DNA of 62,036 bases, counting the filler, from Squatina squatina (Eukaryota): the NCBI GenBank assembly GCA_031763465.1. It is 4 parts of 4 records of this genome, joined end to end, with 100 filler letters (N's around TTAATTAATTAA, not from the genome) between each part and the next. Parts side by side here need not be neighbours in the genome. Positions count along the whole stretch, not along the records: positions 27,750 to 46,626 come from JARFOE010000189.1; positions 46,727 to 62,036 come from JARFOE010000100.1; 2 more parts are not named here. One strand, 5' to 3'. The notes below the pieces were generated by a model, which made no database searches, was not told the origin of the DNA, and worked only from the letters and a program-made list of their open reading frames with translations. Within the stretch, counting starts at the first letter, position 1. Every line of letters starts with the position of its first letter. Shown here piece by piece: positions 38,801 through 52,040 of the stretch. Position numbers and translations under genes: made by a program.

Positions 38801-40059
38801 GGGTGTCTCTTCATATTGGTTGTTTACTGTGAAACTCTGAGAACATTCTCCAGCTCTTGCTCCAGGAGAAAAAGAGCACAGCATTGCTTTGAAAGCCTAA
38901 GGTGTAAAACATAACATTTAATAACCATACAGCCAGTAGACCAGCATAGTAGCTTTGGTCTGATTAAATACATCCTTATCATCAGTTAAACAGCTGATGC
39001 AGTTATATCAGTGAATTGTGCGTACAGTACTACAGTATTAAACTGTGTGATTGTATCGCTTTTACCAATTCCCAGCTGAATGGCAAAATTAATTAACTGG
39101 CGCATCCGACCAAAAATGATACTGTATTCTTCTTGCAACCCACTAAGTGTATCTCCTTTTAACAGTACCATGGAGTGGCACAGGTTAAAACATTGCCACA
39201 AGTTCCTGGTCCATTTAAGTCCTTTCAGCTTCAGGGAAGAAATGGGATGCAGCAGTGTTTCAGTTAAATAATCTGGGTCAAATTGGGATCAACATCTTCA
39301 ACACAATTCATGATAGAATATTTCGCACCACCAACATACACAGTAGGCTGTTGGTGTCCTTGGCGTACTGGCTTTACTTTGAAATCAACACATCTCGGTG
39401 TATTGAAACGTGTTTGCACTGGCAGAACACAAATCACTGAAGTCAAATGTCAGTCTCTGAACTCGTGCATGCATGCTTGGATTTGTATTAATTGCATCTA
39501 TAACACATGCACATTGGTTTTTATATTCCTTGTCCCAGAGTTTAATCTGTCNNNNNNNNNNNNNNNNNNNNNNNNNNNNNNNNNNNNNNNNNNNNNNNNN
39601 NNNNNNNNNNNNNNNNNNNNNNNNNNNNNNNNNNNNNNNNNNNNNNNNNNNCCAGAGGAATAACCCCTTAAAATTCCTATACATGACCAAAAGTCAGGGT
39701 TAGATGACACTTCACAGTAAAAGCGTTATTCCTGAAACAATTGATGGGCTCCCTCAGCACAAGTACCATCATTATAATTACCATGTGTGATATATTGTAT
39801 GATGGTTTCCTGGGAAAAATAATTTGATCTTTACAGACAGTGGGATGGTTAGCCTCTTAACAAGGGAACAGGAGAAAATGAGTTGAGCACCATCCTATTC
39901 CCTTCAATTAATGGGAAACATCTGCAAGTCATCAGCTCCAATGAAGAGGCGTAGCTTTCCTATGAACTGCAGAACCACAGATTGCAAGCAGAAAAGAAAG
40001 TCATCATTGCCCCAAGACATGCCAACGGTAACCAGGTGGGAGCTCAGCTGAAGAACATT

Positions 40060-40450
40060 ACAATTAATTGCTGATTACCTTGCAGTGGGCCTTATCCTCA
40101 GCAGCCACCTCATCTGATCCCTCTTTGTCCTGCTCATACCCCACTGATTGCAGTTCATCAACCCCGCATGTTGATGTCTTTCTCAATTGTGATATAAAGA
40201 AGCATACACCACTATCTTGTACATCCTTATTGGAACATACTGTAATGCAAAACTCCACTGTTCAGTGAACACCCTTATATTGACATAAGTCTCATTGTAA
40301 CATTCCTCAGCCCTGTTGGTTAATGGTGGCCTCATTCAAGAACTAGGAGGATAGCTGGAATCCCTTAGTAGCTACCCATCCAGTTTTCCATGTCTGTGGG
40401 AGATGGCTTCAATGATGACCTGTCAGAGGATGCAAGAATTGTGGCTGCAA
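40060..40450 (-). pseudogene. PIF/Harbinger transposase C-terminal relic, old
   Basis: Minus strand SHNSCIL...G*LLRDSSYP...AEECYN...RVFTEQ...ALQYVP...HN follows the HD..IL / LLGD.GYP / E..YN..H...R..IE / LQY.P / LHN motif order. Confidence 0.6.
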
Positions 40451-42049
40451 TTTAGGGGATGCTAAACTATCTGCACATTTACGGAGTAGTTTATTGCATG
40501 TGAAGTGCTTTGGGGCAACCTATGAGATGTGATAAGGCTACTATATAAATGCAAATTCTTTCTTTAATATATTTTTCTATTTCTGTAAGCCATGGCTTAG
40601 CCAGATGGAGCCTAAATAAGCATGTCCGTGCAACTGCTGATGCCTGCACCTGGGAAATGGCAATATCAAATAAATCTTGCTGTATAGATATCTGCTGCTG
40701 TGGCTCAATACCAAAGTGCATATACCAGAATGTGTGTGCCTTACCAAAACCTTGGTGATATTTTGGACACAAAACTACACCAAGAAACAGCTCACTTCTA
40801 TCAAATTTCATGGCAGGTTGGAATGAAACAAAAATCAGGGCCATGGCCACTATAAAAGTCACAAAGCTGTACTCACTGCAGATTCCTCTTCTAGCTTGAC
40901 AACGTCTCCTTGTATTATTACAGACATTGTGCACGGTACTCTGAAGTCATATGTAGGTAGTTGGTTTGAGGTGGTAGATATGTTCCCTTGAGTGTCTGAT
41001 GCCAAGGTTAATACTGTAGTTCTATACGGCCTACACACCTTTCAATCCTCTGCCATCAGCACCTATTTACTAAATAAAAATATTGCCAATGCTGCTTATT
41101 CTGTAAAGTGCATTTTCTGCAGTATTGTTTAATTAACTCCAATCAAACTGAAGTAATTTAGAAGAGACAAGTGGAAGGAAGTGCTGATGGAAGTGAAAAT
41201 GCAGAACTAGGTCTTAATTAGGTGCACTAACAAGAAAAAATGCACTCAAAATTCTAGCTCCAATTTGGAGCCAGTGGAGAACTCCAATTCCCATATGTGG
41301 TGGCACTGCAATTTAATCCTCTGGAAAGGCTGTCTACAATCCATGAAATGCCTCTTTTGAAAATAAAAATGAAACCGCAAGGATTGAAATCTTGTTTCCA
41401 AAAGCACTGGAGTCCAGACAAGTAAAATACATCTAATGTCTTTTAAATTGTTTGAGCAGCATTCACAAAAATGCAGTGCGGAGAGAGTAGCCCCAGACAT
41501 TGCAGAGCTGGGTTCAATCATTCCACCCTGTATGCACTGCTGAACCCACCAAGGCAAGTGTAGGCTGATATAAAATTGCCCTTCAAATACTTACATGATA
41601 TCATGGCGCAGAATAGAATGTGATATTTCTGCTGGGTCACATCAAAGCACCATTGCCATGTGCTGGTGTCAATATAGTAGACAGTAGACAATTCTGTTCT
41701 TCGTTAATGCTATCTGCTGCAGTGCCAAAAATGGCAGCTATCCTGTGCTGAGGCCATTTACACTATTGCATCATGCTCAATACTGCACTGTTACTGCAAT
41801 CTTAATGCTGCAATATTCAGATTGTAAATTCTCTGTACATAATTCCTTTGTTGGAAGACCTGCTGATTTCCTGTTAAGTACATGCCCCATTTAACATTAC
41901 ATTCCANNNNNNNNNNTATAATGTTTATGATACTCCTCATGAGCAATGTATAAGCACTGCGGTTAACTTTCTGACATCCTTGTTGATACTGAGCATCCTC
42001 GGCTGTTCTAAGCAGTTAAATTACAACCAATCATTTAGGTGCAGCCTTG

Positions 42050-42295
42050 TGTTTAAATTCCTTCATAGCCTCGCCCCTCCCTATCTCTAACTTTCTCCAC
42101 CCCTCCAAGGACTCTTCATTCCTCTAACTCTGGCCTCTTGCACATCACCCATCCTTTCACTCCACCACTGGTGACTGTACCTTCAGCCATCTAGGCCCTG
42201 CCCTCTGGAATTCCCTCCCTAAATCTCTCTGCCTCTCCACCTCCCTCTCTTTTATGACCCTCCTTAAAACTCACCTCTTTGACCAAGCTTTTAGC
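42050..42295 (+). mobile_element. L2-clade LINE 3' fragment
   Basis: ctctggaattccctccctaaa (LWNSLP)...ccttaaaactcacctctttgaccaagctttt. Confidence 0.7.
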
Positions 42296-42448
42296 CACTA
42301 CTCCTAGCAGCCGAAATTGCCTAACGCTGGGGGCATTAGGACTCTGGGNNNNNNNNNNNNNNNNNNNNNNNNNNNNNNNNNNNNNNNNNNNNNNNNNNNN
42401 NNNNNNNNNNNNNNNNNNNNNNNNNNNNNNNNNNNNNNNNNNNNNNNN

Positions 42449-43251
42449 TGCATTAAGGCCTACCCTTCACTTTCAACTTGCAACTTCATGTCATGGGCAA
42501 GAGGCTGTGTGCAATGCCCACTGGGAGCGATTATGCAGGGTTCCACTTTAAGCACGTCTTCAAGAATCAGAATTCTGTGGCACATTGCAAATGAGAGACT
42601 TAGACATGAGGCAGCCATTGGTGAAAGAGTCAGACTCACCTTCACTATGCGACTGAGGTCATTAAATTTCTTCCGGTATTGAGTGCCGGTCCTCTCTGCC
42701 ACATCTGAGGCCGACACCTCACTGGCAGTCTCCCTCCAAGCGCGGGGGACCAGTCTTGCCATCCGCCTTCTTCCAGCAGGAGAGCAGAGCCTGTCCGCCC
42801 TCCTCTCAACCCCAGCCACCAGAGTTAGTAGGGCAGAAACAGTAAACTTGGGGGCCCTCGACCTCCTGGACTCAGCAGCTGCCAATACTTAGCACTCCCA
42901 ACCACAGCACTTGCCAAAACAAAAGCTCCTCAACCACCAACGCTGTCTGAAATAACTGACCAAAGCAGTGCTTGTCTCTCAATCACGAGCCCCTTTGCGG
43001 GCTGAGGTGGCCAAACACGATTGCAGCTCCTTAGACCGATTGGTGAATTGGCCCACTGAAACCAGTAAAGCTCAATTAGCACCGATCAGGCACCCATTAA
43101 CGTTCATTTCTGGACCAGGTTTTAAGCTGCCCGAAAAAAATTGTCAAAGAGCCAAATACCGCAAAATAGCGGGGTAGCGCAAAACGGGCGCAAAAATCAC
43201 GCTTTTTGGTCCCCTTGCGTTTAGAACACAGGGCAGACCAATTGGGCACCC
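42449..43251 (-). mobile_element. PIF/Harbinger element end carrying the Myb/SANT exon
   Basis: Terminus reads GGGTGCCCAATT on the minus strand, identical to the terminus at 24791; both share GCGCAAAACGGGCGCAAA subterminally. Confidence 0.7.
42640..42885 (-). CDS. Myb/SANT-like DNA-binding domain exon (Harbinger ORF1 type; NAIF1/MSANTD-like)
   Basis: MAAAESRRSRAPKFTVSALLTLVAGVERRADRL...AWRETASEVSASDVAERTGTQYRKKFNDLSRIVK, followed by the donor GTGAGT; lies about 370 nt from a Harbinger-like terminus at about 43251. Confidence 0.7.
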
Positions 43252-43431
43252 TACATGTTTAAAAATAAATTTTCAGGGCCAGAGAGGTTGTTGACAGTAA
43301 TTAAGACTTAGCATGCCACAAAAATTCACTTACACGTAAATGGACAGGACCTAACTCTTTTGACCTGCTTACTGGGTATCTAGTGGGTAAGTACCGCAAC
43401 TGCACGCTGTTGCATGTATTTCAATACCGTA

Positions 43432-44085
43432 GGGCCCCAATTTGGCTGTGCCGAAACTGGCAGCGTCACCAGCAACATACAGTGACGCAGCCTTGATAAC
43501 TTAGTCACTGTTCCAGGTCAGCGTAACATGGCAATGTAAAATCAGCATTGCCACGGCGCTGACCCAACAATGACCTGGCCAATGCCACATCACTTCCTGG
43601 TTGCACCAGCAGCGTGGCATCAGCCACACTGCTGGCACAACTGCACGTGGGCAAGGTAAGGACCACAGGCTTGCCGTCACACAGGAGATCCAGGGCCCAC
43701 TGGACCACCAGGAACCAAGGGAAGGACTGAAGAATGTTTTGGCACACCAGAGAGCATGCCGGCGAAGTGGGAGGGGAGGCTTTCTTCTGGGGCGATCGGC
43801 CACCACACATCGGCCGATATTTTAAGATGGCGGCCGCCAGCGCAGGACAGGCACCTTCAATGGTCCTTGGCAATGACAGGGATAACCTGTTCTTACCAAC
43901 GCCAGTGGTGTCACAGGGGAGGCCGCCTCCAAATCCGGATGTGGTATCCCTGCGGCGCACGGGGGGGTTGCAGGCGGGAACAGAGGGGCCGGTGTGCGAT
44001 GTTATGATGTTGAGCCCCCGACTCCGGCGCTAGGCCCAATAAAGTTTTTTTCTTTGGCCTCAACGCTGAATTCACACCTGGATAG
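43432..44085 (+). mobile_element. CpG-rich non-autonomous element, same family as 51249-51982
   Basis: Reverse complement of 51249-51982 (e.g. gatcggccaccacacatcggccga, aagatggcggccgccagcgcaggaca); starts GGGCCCCAATTT. Confidence 0.72.
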
Positions 44086-45642
44086 CAAAGCATCTGGAAG
44101 ACAGCAACTTACTGATTTCCACATTTAACTCTGCAGGTGTGGATCCCGGTGGTTGTTATCCCATTTACTCCTTAATAACAGTGAGCACTGACAGCCTAAT
44201 CGTTAGTCTTACTACAAAATCCGGGCCATTATTTTTCCTGTCAACTACCCTGGTGCTGACTTTCGGCTTATTTGGATAGGGAGGTCAGAGTATAGAAGCT
44301 CTGTAGAATCAGCTTCAGAGTCAACTGAACCCAAATCCTCCATTTGGATGATACGTTTAGATTCTGGGGTCCATCTGCTACCATTAGAATGGCAAAGCCA
44401 GGGAATAACAGGTATCTCTGGCATTCAGCGTTGCAAAGACACAAATGGCAGAGTGCAAGCTTGATCAATTGTCTACCTGCCAATGGAACTGCATATCAGG
44501 CGCTGTATATAATGGGTGGCCGATCTGATACCGCCCGTGTTGCGCCACTGTGCGAGATGAATTTCTAGCCAGTCAAGTTGAATTTTATTGCACCTGTCAT
44601 AGAGTAGTTCTTATTATCTAGCTGACAATACCTTTGTTACATATGCTTTAAATCCTCAATGGCATATCTATCAAAATGACCTCGTCAGTAATTTCCATAT
44701 GTTATGCACGCGTCATAGTGACAGAATATTTTTTTTGCGGCAATTATTTTTCAACCTCATCACAATGTTAAACTGGACACTGAAACTATTGAAAATCAAT
44801 ACTATGCTATTGTAAAGTGCAGCTTTGTTACTGGTTATTATAGGGAAATATTTTTGAAGTATTTATTGATAGGTGTTGGGATTGATGTGGAGCTACACCA
44901 GAGATTTATGCACAGATAGAATCTAAAACACAGCTAATGGCCTGTTAAGGTAATCAGAAAAATGGTTCATATCCTGTTCCACCAAAGGAGGCTGAAATGA
45001 GGTTCATGCCCTGTCAAGAAAAATGATTCATATCCTATTCCACCAAGCGTGTTTGTCACGTGGCTTGGTCTTGTCCTGCTGAGGCATGCTGAAAAATGAC
45101 GAGTATTCTGTTTTCTCCAAGCAGGCGGAAACCCAGTGAAGGTTCTCATAAGACATTAACAAATAGAGGAGGAACTCAAAACAACAGATGAGGCAATAGC
45201 TGAATATAATTAAAAATCATTCCAAATGAGGCATGTTGCCCTGTAAAAAAAAATCTCAATTTAATCAGGATTCCAAGGAAGATTAACAATACAATGGCAT
45301 TATAAAAGAAAGCAGTCAGGTTTTTTTTTAATAAAAGGACTACATGTGTGATTGCATCATTTGATGTTAAAGATCCTACGGTGCTATTCGAAGAGGAGAA
45401 GGATGTTCTCCTGATGTCCTNNNNNNNNNNNNNNNNNNNNNNNNNNNNNNNNNNNNNNNNNNNNNNNNNNNNNNNNNNNNNNNNNNNNNNNNNNNNNNNN
45501 NNNNNNNNNNNNNNNNNNNNNNNNNNNNNNNNNNNNNNNNNNNNNNNNNNNNNNNNNNNNNNNNNNNNNNNNNNNNNNNNNNNNNNNNNNNNNNNNNNNN
45601 NNNNNNNNNNNNNNNNNNNNNNNNNNNNNNNNNNNNNNNNNN

Positions 45643-45985
45643 ACATATAAAATTCTGAGGCGGATTGACAGGATAGATACTGAGAGGTTGTTTCCCATGG
45701 CTGGAGAGTCTAGAACTATGGATCATAGTCTCAGGATAAGGGGTCAGTCTTTTAAGAGTGAAATGAGGAGGAAATTCTTCACCCAGAGGGTTGTGACTCT
45801 TTGGAATTCTCTGCCCCAAAGGGCTGTGGATGCTCAGTCATTGAGTATTTTCAAGACTGAGACAGATAGCATTGCGGACTCTAGGGGAATCAAGGGATAT
45901 GGGGATTGGGTGGGAAAGTGGAATTGGGGTGACCGATCAGACATGATCCTACTGAATGGCAGAGGAGGCTCGAGGGGCCATATGG
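45643..45985 (+). mobile_element. CR1 LINE 3' end
   Basis: FPMAGESRTMDHSLRIRGQSFKSEMRRKFFTQRVVTLWNSLPQRAV. Confidence 0.83.
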
Positions 45986-46626
45986 TAATTCTTTCCAGCT
46001 TGCAATGATAAAGGCTGAGCAAGGCTCATCATATGTAGATTCATCTTCTCATGCTTTCTTAAAGTATAGCCAGTGAAAGGCAGTTTCTGGCTTGGGCTCA
46101 AGGCTTCCTTCCACCAACCACTACATAGTTGACAAGTTTTCCCCAGGGCTTCCCAAAGACCCGGACAAGAATTCCAAAAACAACAGTGTCTGTAGTCGCT
46201 GGGAGTTAAGATGGGAGATTTTTAATCAATCATGTTTAGCCATGACAGCAACAATTAACACTGGAACAAATGGAGAAATATTTCAAATAGCTTAAATAGA
46301 TTTATGAAGGACAAGAAAAACCATTATGAACATCCCACTATATGTGAGCTGTCCCAGGGGACCTCTAACGTTAACAAGAAGCAATTTGCTTTGTTGATCT
46401 GGTAGAAATCACAATGAACATTATTACTGTACTTTAACCATTTCTACATTTTTCAATGCAGAGATCTTTTAAAAAGTTTATTCTCCATACAATGGGTCAT
46501 AATTTCAGCAGGAGTTATCTGGGGCAGGAATGAGGAAGAGAAAATCTTGAAGAAAATCAACCCACACTACTCCATATCTTTTAATGTCTAGTTCAAAGTA
46601 GCAAAGCCAGAACTAGACTGGAATCC

Positions 46627-46726
46627 NNNNNNNNNNNNNNNNNNNNNNNNNNNNNNNNNNNNNNNNNNNNTTAATTAATTAANNNNNNNNNNNNNNNNNN
46701 NNNNNNNNNNNNNNNNNNNNNNNNNN
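46627..46726. other. Artificial scaffold-joining linker
   Basis: 44 N + TTAATTAATTAA + 44 N; the next scaffold starts in the middle of ITGA4. Confidence 0.97.
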
Positions 46727-47979
46727 ACATGGCCACCAGCGATAAATTTGCTGATCCTAAGGTGTCTGTCACAGATTTCCAACTACGTTTATCGTTTGCT
46801 GTTTGGCCTTATAGCTAACTACTTATCGTGAAAGTTTAATCTGCTTTTTTATATTTACAAAAAGAGGAATGGTAAACACTAGCTTTATAGCTATGTAATT
46901 TTATTCATTTTGAATTATTTGTTGTAAGCTCTCTTCATAAATATGGCTATTTTGAGACAAATTTCAGTTTGGAGGTTGTTTAGGGTCCTGGTGTAATTCT
47001 TTGAGTTCTGTTTAGAAGGGCATCTGGCTATTAAATCTACTAAGTTACTGCATAAGGTTTAAATACATGGTCCTGAAATTTTGTTGGTCTGGCAGGGCAG
47101 AGCCATATCTGGCAGGTGGGAGTCAGAATTTGGACATCACCTGGGTTTTCCCTCCTTTGAAGTTCTGCTAGAAGTGAGGGCAGGAGAAAGTTGAGCCTAA
47201 TCTAATGAATGCCACCATGTGTTTGGGATTAGTGTTATTCGCATGACCCAGGTAGGCCACAGACATGCCTACCTCAAAATGTCCTTGAAATGCTGAACAG
47301 TTGTACACCACTCCGCCACATGGCCCACTGAGGTCCTTCCTGGCCAAAGAATCAGCAGCACAAAAACATCTTCTGCTCCAAAGTTAGCTATTTGCAGGTA
47401 CTGCAAAGGTAGTTGATCTCTGCAGAGATAGATTACCCTTGTTAACAGGGCATTTGGGGCCTTTTCAGAGGCCTCAATAGAACTCTTACCAGAACTCAGC
47501 TGGCAAGATTATAAGGTTGAATTGGGTGGGATTCCTGGGGTTGCCCAGGAACTCTCCCAGACACAGCCCCTTGACGTAGAGGTGGGTGGACAAAAGATCT
47601 GCACACACACAAAGACCTAAAAAAGCAGGCAGAATCCTTCCAGGACTAGTTTCTATCTCATTTTCTGCTCCCGAATCCAGAAATCCACTGGTTTTCTGCC
47701 TTGGTCTGGACCAGAATTTTGGAGTGTATAGTTCAGTAGAAACTATTACATCTGTTGTAGAGTATAAGAAAGTAGTTTTCTGTTAAGTGTGAATTTGGTT
47801 TCAGATTGCTGAATCTGTATGGAATTTCTAAATGATTGATGAGTTTAGATTCATTCATTCCCTTCCCTTCCGATTTATTCATGACCAAAGAGTATTTTAA
47901 TGCTGCGTTGAAAGGTGAATTTGCCTGAAATCTGATTTGTTAGAGCTAATGACATTCATCAATCTGTTCTTCTTCACAG

Positions 47980-48025
47980 ATGTAGCAGTTGGTGCCTTTA
48001 TGTCCGATACTGTTGTGTTGCTCAG
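47980..48025 (+). CDS. ITGA4: Integrin alpha-4 exon, end of FG-GAP repeat 7 of the beta-propeller
   Basis: tcacag| ... |gtaaga, 46 nt. Translates (D)VAVGAFMSDTVVLLR. Confidence 0.88.
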
Positions 48026-50134
48026 GTAAGATTGAGTCATTATTATTCTGAAAGATAATTTGGCCAAATGGAAAATAATGATGCCTTATTATCAAAATAT
48101 AAAGCAGTGACCTCATACTGCATAATATGCTGTTTGAACTTCAAAAATGAAGCCTACAGATTTTTTGCTTTCGATGCAGGGCGATGTATGCAGATAGTCT
48201 GCAGTAGGTTTGTTGTTCCGCACCACTATATGAGCTGTTTGCTTTCAACACTTTTTAAAATTCAGGATATAATGAATAAAATAATGTGCTTCTCAAATAC
48301 AATAATCTGCTTTTATTCTGTTCATAAAGCTTCTTAAATTTTTGTTACTGCAAATTATAAAGTGCAGTTTCACAAAGTGGAGATCCTGCCTGATCAACCA
48401 CCTTATACTTTTTGAGGAAGTGACATCTCAATTGGACAGTGGAAAGCCCTATGTTATAGTGCATAGGGATTGCTGCTGTGCCCCTACTGTGTCAAATCTG
48501 CATAAATGACCTGGGATTCTGAAATACTATGCAAGCTGGTTAAATTCACAGATGTTTGCAAATTAAGATGGGGGGCACTTGAGTCCTCTAAAGCAGCAAG
48601 AATTGCAGAAGGACCCAGACAAAATTTGTAAGTGAGCAGTAGATGAAATTGAATACAGATAATGAAAAGTGTTGCATCTGAAAGAAAAATGTGTGGAATA
48701 TACTCAGCGGTGTTGAACTGGCCAGGGAAGAGGTTGACGTAAATATGCCAGCTGAGCTGTACCTTTAAGCATATCCAGTCATTGCAGAACAGCAATCGCA
48801 ATACTGACCTACATTGCCCAATCAACAACANNNNNNNNNNNNNNNNNNNNNNNNNNNNNNNNNNNNNNNNNNNNNNNNNNNNNNNNNNNNNNNNNNNNNN
48901 NNNNNNNNNNNNNNNNNNNNNNNNNNNNNNCTGCAGAATAACCCATCCCCAGGGTTTTCAGAATAATTATTGTCTGCTGCATTCTCCTTTCACTGTCCTG
49001 AAAAGAAGCCTCAACATGCATATTGATATTTAGAGTGGCAAAGCCATGCCAAATTAAGAGGGTGAAAATGCCAGTGAGCAATTAACAGTTGTACCAACAA
49101 TGCAGAAAGGTCAGGATGGCATCCAAGGAGTGCCAACGCTGCACCATTTTGTAAAGGCTCAAATCACATCTGCTAAGTAATTGTGCCCAAGCCTCTTGTC
49201 CGACATTTTCATGCTCCTCTATTCAAGTACCATTTATTGCCATCCTGTGCTGCTATATTGTAAGCAATGACAAATAAATACCCAGCACAATGCTCAAGTC
49301 AATTGCAGGGCATTTGCTTCCTCTATTATGTAGTGTGTGAATGTTGATAGATTGAGTTGGCATAATGCTGCCCCTTGATGCATGTATTTTGTTTCTGATG
49401 TGTGACACCTAACCTGCCACTCTTTCTAAGTAATCCCTATGCGGAAGGAACAAGTGTGTTGGCTGGCTGCAGGGTTTACTGACAGCCTGCTGGGATTCTA
49501 GTGGCTCGAGCCCTCTCTGTTATACAATGCCAGGGGTCTGCAGGTAGGCCATCCACATCTGAGACTGTGATGGTTGATTGGTGTTGGCTGCTTTAACTTA
49601 CCTCCTCTTATGCTTGGTGTACCAGGCACTTCTGGGAAGGTAGCCATCTGTTCTTTAAAGTGTGGTCTGTCTCTCCCCATGTGCTTGCAGAATGGCTTGC
49701 ATCTCCTGGCCAAACAAATTGGCTTTTTCAGTCAGTAATGCCCAAAACTACAGCAATGTGGTAAATGATCAATTAGCTTTTGCTTTAACAGGTTGCTTAA
49801 ATAGCTCCTGATTGCAGTTCCCAGTTGATTTTAGAGGATTTAATTCTATTCTGCTTTCATTGTCCAGCCTGCTGTGCAGGAGAGATTCTCGCATCTCAGT
49901 GCACAGACTAAACATAGCAAAATTGTGTGCAAATTGACAGGGAGAACTCCCAAAATCTTTTTGTAACGAAATCTTTTATTTGCAATGACATACATTTCCT
50001 AAAGTTATTTATCCATTGTTTTGAAGGAGCTGTGGAGAGTTATTTACTGAATTACTGCTCCAGTTTTAATCAGGGGAGTAGAATTGACTAATTTCAGGAT
50101 ATCCTGACTAGTAATTGTTCTCCATGCATTGCAG

Positions 50135-50289
50135 AAGCAGGCCTGTTGTGGTTGTTGAAGCCTTCCTGCGACTGCCTCCTTCAGTCAACCATACAAAAAT
50201 GGAATGTTTTAAGAATGGGAAGCCTGTTGTGTGCATCAATGTTACTCTCTGCTTTGGTCATAAAGGAAAGAAGATTCCTGGTCACATAA
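50135..50289 (+). CDS. ITGA4: Integrin alpha-4 exon, start of thigh domain
   Basis: ttgcag| ... |gtaagt, 155 nt. Translates SRPVVVVEAFLRLPPSVNHTKMECFKNGKPVVCINVTLCFGHKGKKIPGHI; SVN.TK..C..NG.P.VCI..TLCF..KGK..PG.I fits alpha-4 better than alpha-9. Confidence 0.9.
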
Positions 50290-51248
50290 GTAAGTGCATT
50301 TTTACAAGTACATTGTGGTTGTTGAACTTTACACATGAATAACTCAAATTCATCAGATTTTATATTATCTTTTGCAATTGAACATCAGTTTTACCGAGGC
50401 ACTGCTGCAGGAGACATGTATCNNNNNNNNNNNNNNNNNNNNNNNNNNNNNNNNNNNNNNNNNNNNNNNNNNNNNNNNNNNNNNNNNNNNNNNNNNNNNN
50501 NNNNNNNNNNNNNNNNNNNNNNGGTCAGCAAGGATGAGGATAATAGATAAACAGGGCTAGGTGCCAGATAGGGTACAAGCAGCAGAGCCTTGAATGAGCT
50601 TAAGTTTAAGGAGGATGGGAGGCTGACGAGGAGAGATTTGGAATAATCCAGTCTGGAGGTATCAAAGACACGAATGAGGGTTTCAGCACCACATGGCTGA
50701 GGTTTTTGATCAGAGATAGTTTGTCAGAAACTTTAGTCAATCCTACTTTAACAATCATTCTCAGTCTCACAAACCTTTTCCTTTATAGACCTGATAAACT
50801 GCATTGACCTGTCTCATCACCTGCACTGACACGGCTTGGCATGCTCACTGTGCTCACTGCACAATTGGTTGGTTAAGACGGTTCCTCTCAGTATCAAAGA
50901 TTGCCATCTTCTATGAGCACCCAGTGGCTACATTCATCTTCAGCCTGCTCTGAGGTATACCAGTAGAAGGATCCAATATGCAATGTTCCCCTTTAAGAAA
51001 AGAAGCCCTTTAGGAGCTGTTGTACTTGGGTTTCCCTGCCCACTAACTGGCCATGCAATCCCTACGCCAATAGAAAATGTGCAGGGAGCATACTGTAATA
51101 ATTTAAATTACCAAATCCCCTGTAATCTGGTGGGATTGGGAGACTGCCCAAATGGCACGGGAGTACACAGTCTTGCTGGGAGTGCAGCCACATTTTTCCT
51201 ACAATTAGGGAATGCATCCTTTGATTAGTACTCTGGCTTAGGACTCTT

Positions 51249-51982
51249 GGGGGCCCTAGCTCGGGTTGTGCCGGTCAGCAGCGCTACCTAGGCGTGAAAG
51301 CGGCATAGAGTCAAAAAATGATAAAATGCAGTATTGGGCCTGGCGCCCTGGCGGAGTATCGGCCTCATTGCTGGGGACGCCATTGGTGCCGGGGTCGGAC
51401 AGGCAATGTCATAACATCGCGTGCTGACACCTCTCTGCCTGCCCGGGACCCCCTTCTCCCCCCCCCCCCCAGCCTCCCGTGCACCACAGGAGTGCCGCCT
51501 CTGGAATTGGAGGCCGGCTGACCCGCAATGCCACTGGCAGGTTTCCCCTGTCGTTGCCAAGGCAAATGTCCTGCGCTGGCGGCCACCATCTTTAAACATC
51601 GGCCACCTTTATTGTCGGCCGATGTGTGGTGGCCGATCATCCTTCCAAAAGCACTCACCCCAGACCATGCCGGCACATTTTCACTTTGTCTCTGGCCTCC
51701 ATGGTGGTCCAGTGGGCCTGGATTGCAAGGCGAACGGCAAGCCTGCGGCTCTTGCCTTTTTAAGGCAGAGGGCGGGGCCGCGGCTTGCGCATGCGCGGTT
51801 GTGCTGGCAGCAACATGGCATTTGCTGGGTCACCGCCGTGGCAACTCCGGTTTAGTGTTGCCACATTATGCTGACCCGGAATGGTGACTAAGTCACCAAG
51901 GCTGTATCCCAGTGCCTCGCTGCTGGCGCGACGCATCCCCGGCTGTGGGGAATCTGTTTTGGGTCACTCAAGTTGGTCCCCC
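51249..51982 (-). mobile_element. CpG-rich non-autonomous element, same family as 43432-44085
   Basis: Imperfect terminal inverted repeats GGGGCCCTAGCT / AGTTGGTCCCC; collinear with the 43432 copy. Confidence 0.72.
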
Positions 51983-52040
51983 ACCTTAGTATCTATCAGT
52001 TTCTAATCTCTTGAGCTTGGATCTGATTCCATACCTTTTA

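Noticed and set aside
39264-39418. Possible minus-strand terminal exon (VQTRFNTPRC...NLTQII*), with another open frame at about 40877-41030
   Set aside because: No recognisable homology (not RGS10-like), a weak acceptor on the upstream piece and incompatible phases; a blast search would be needed to revive it.
43501-44093. Overlapping 100-150 aa ORFs here and at 51288-51887
   Set aside because: GC-rich transposon sequence with few stop codons; the frames are not preserved between the two copies.
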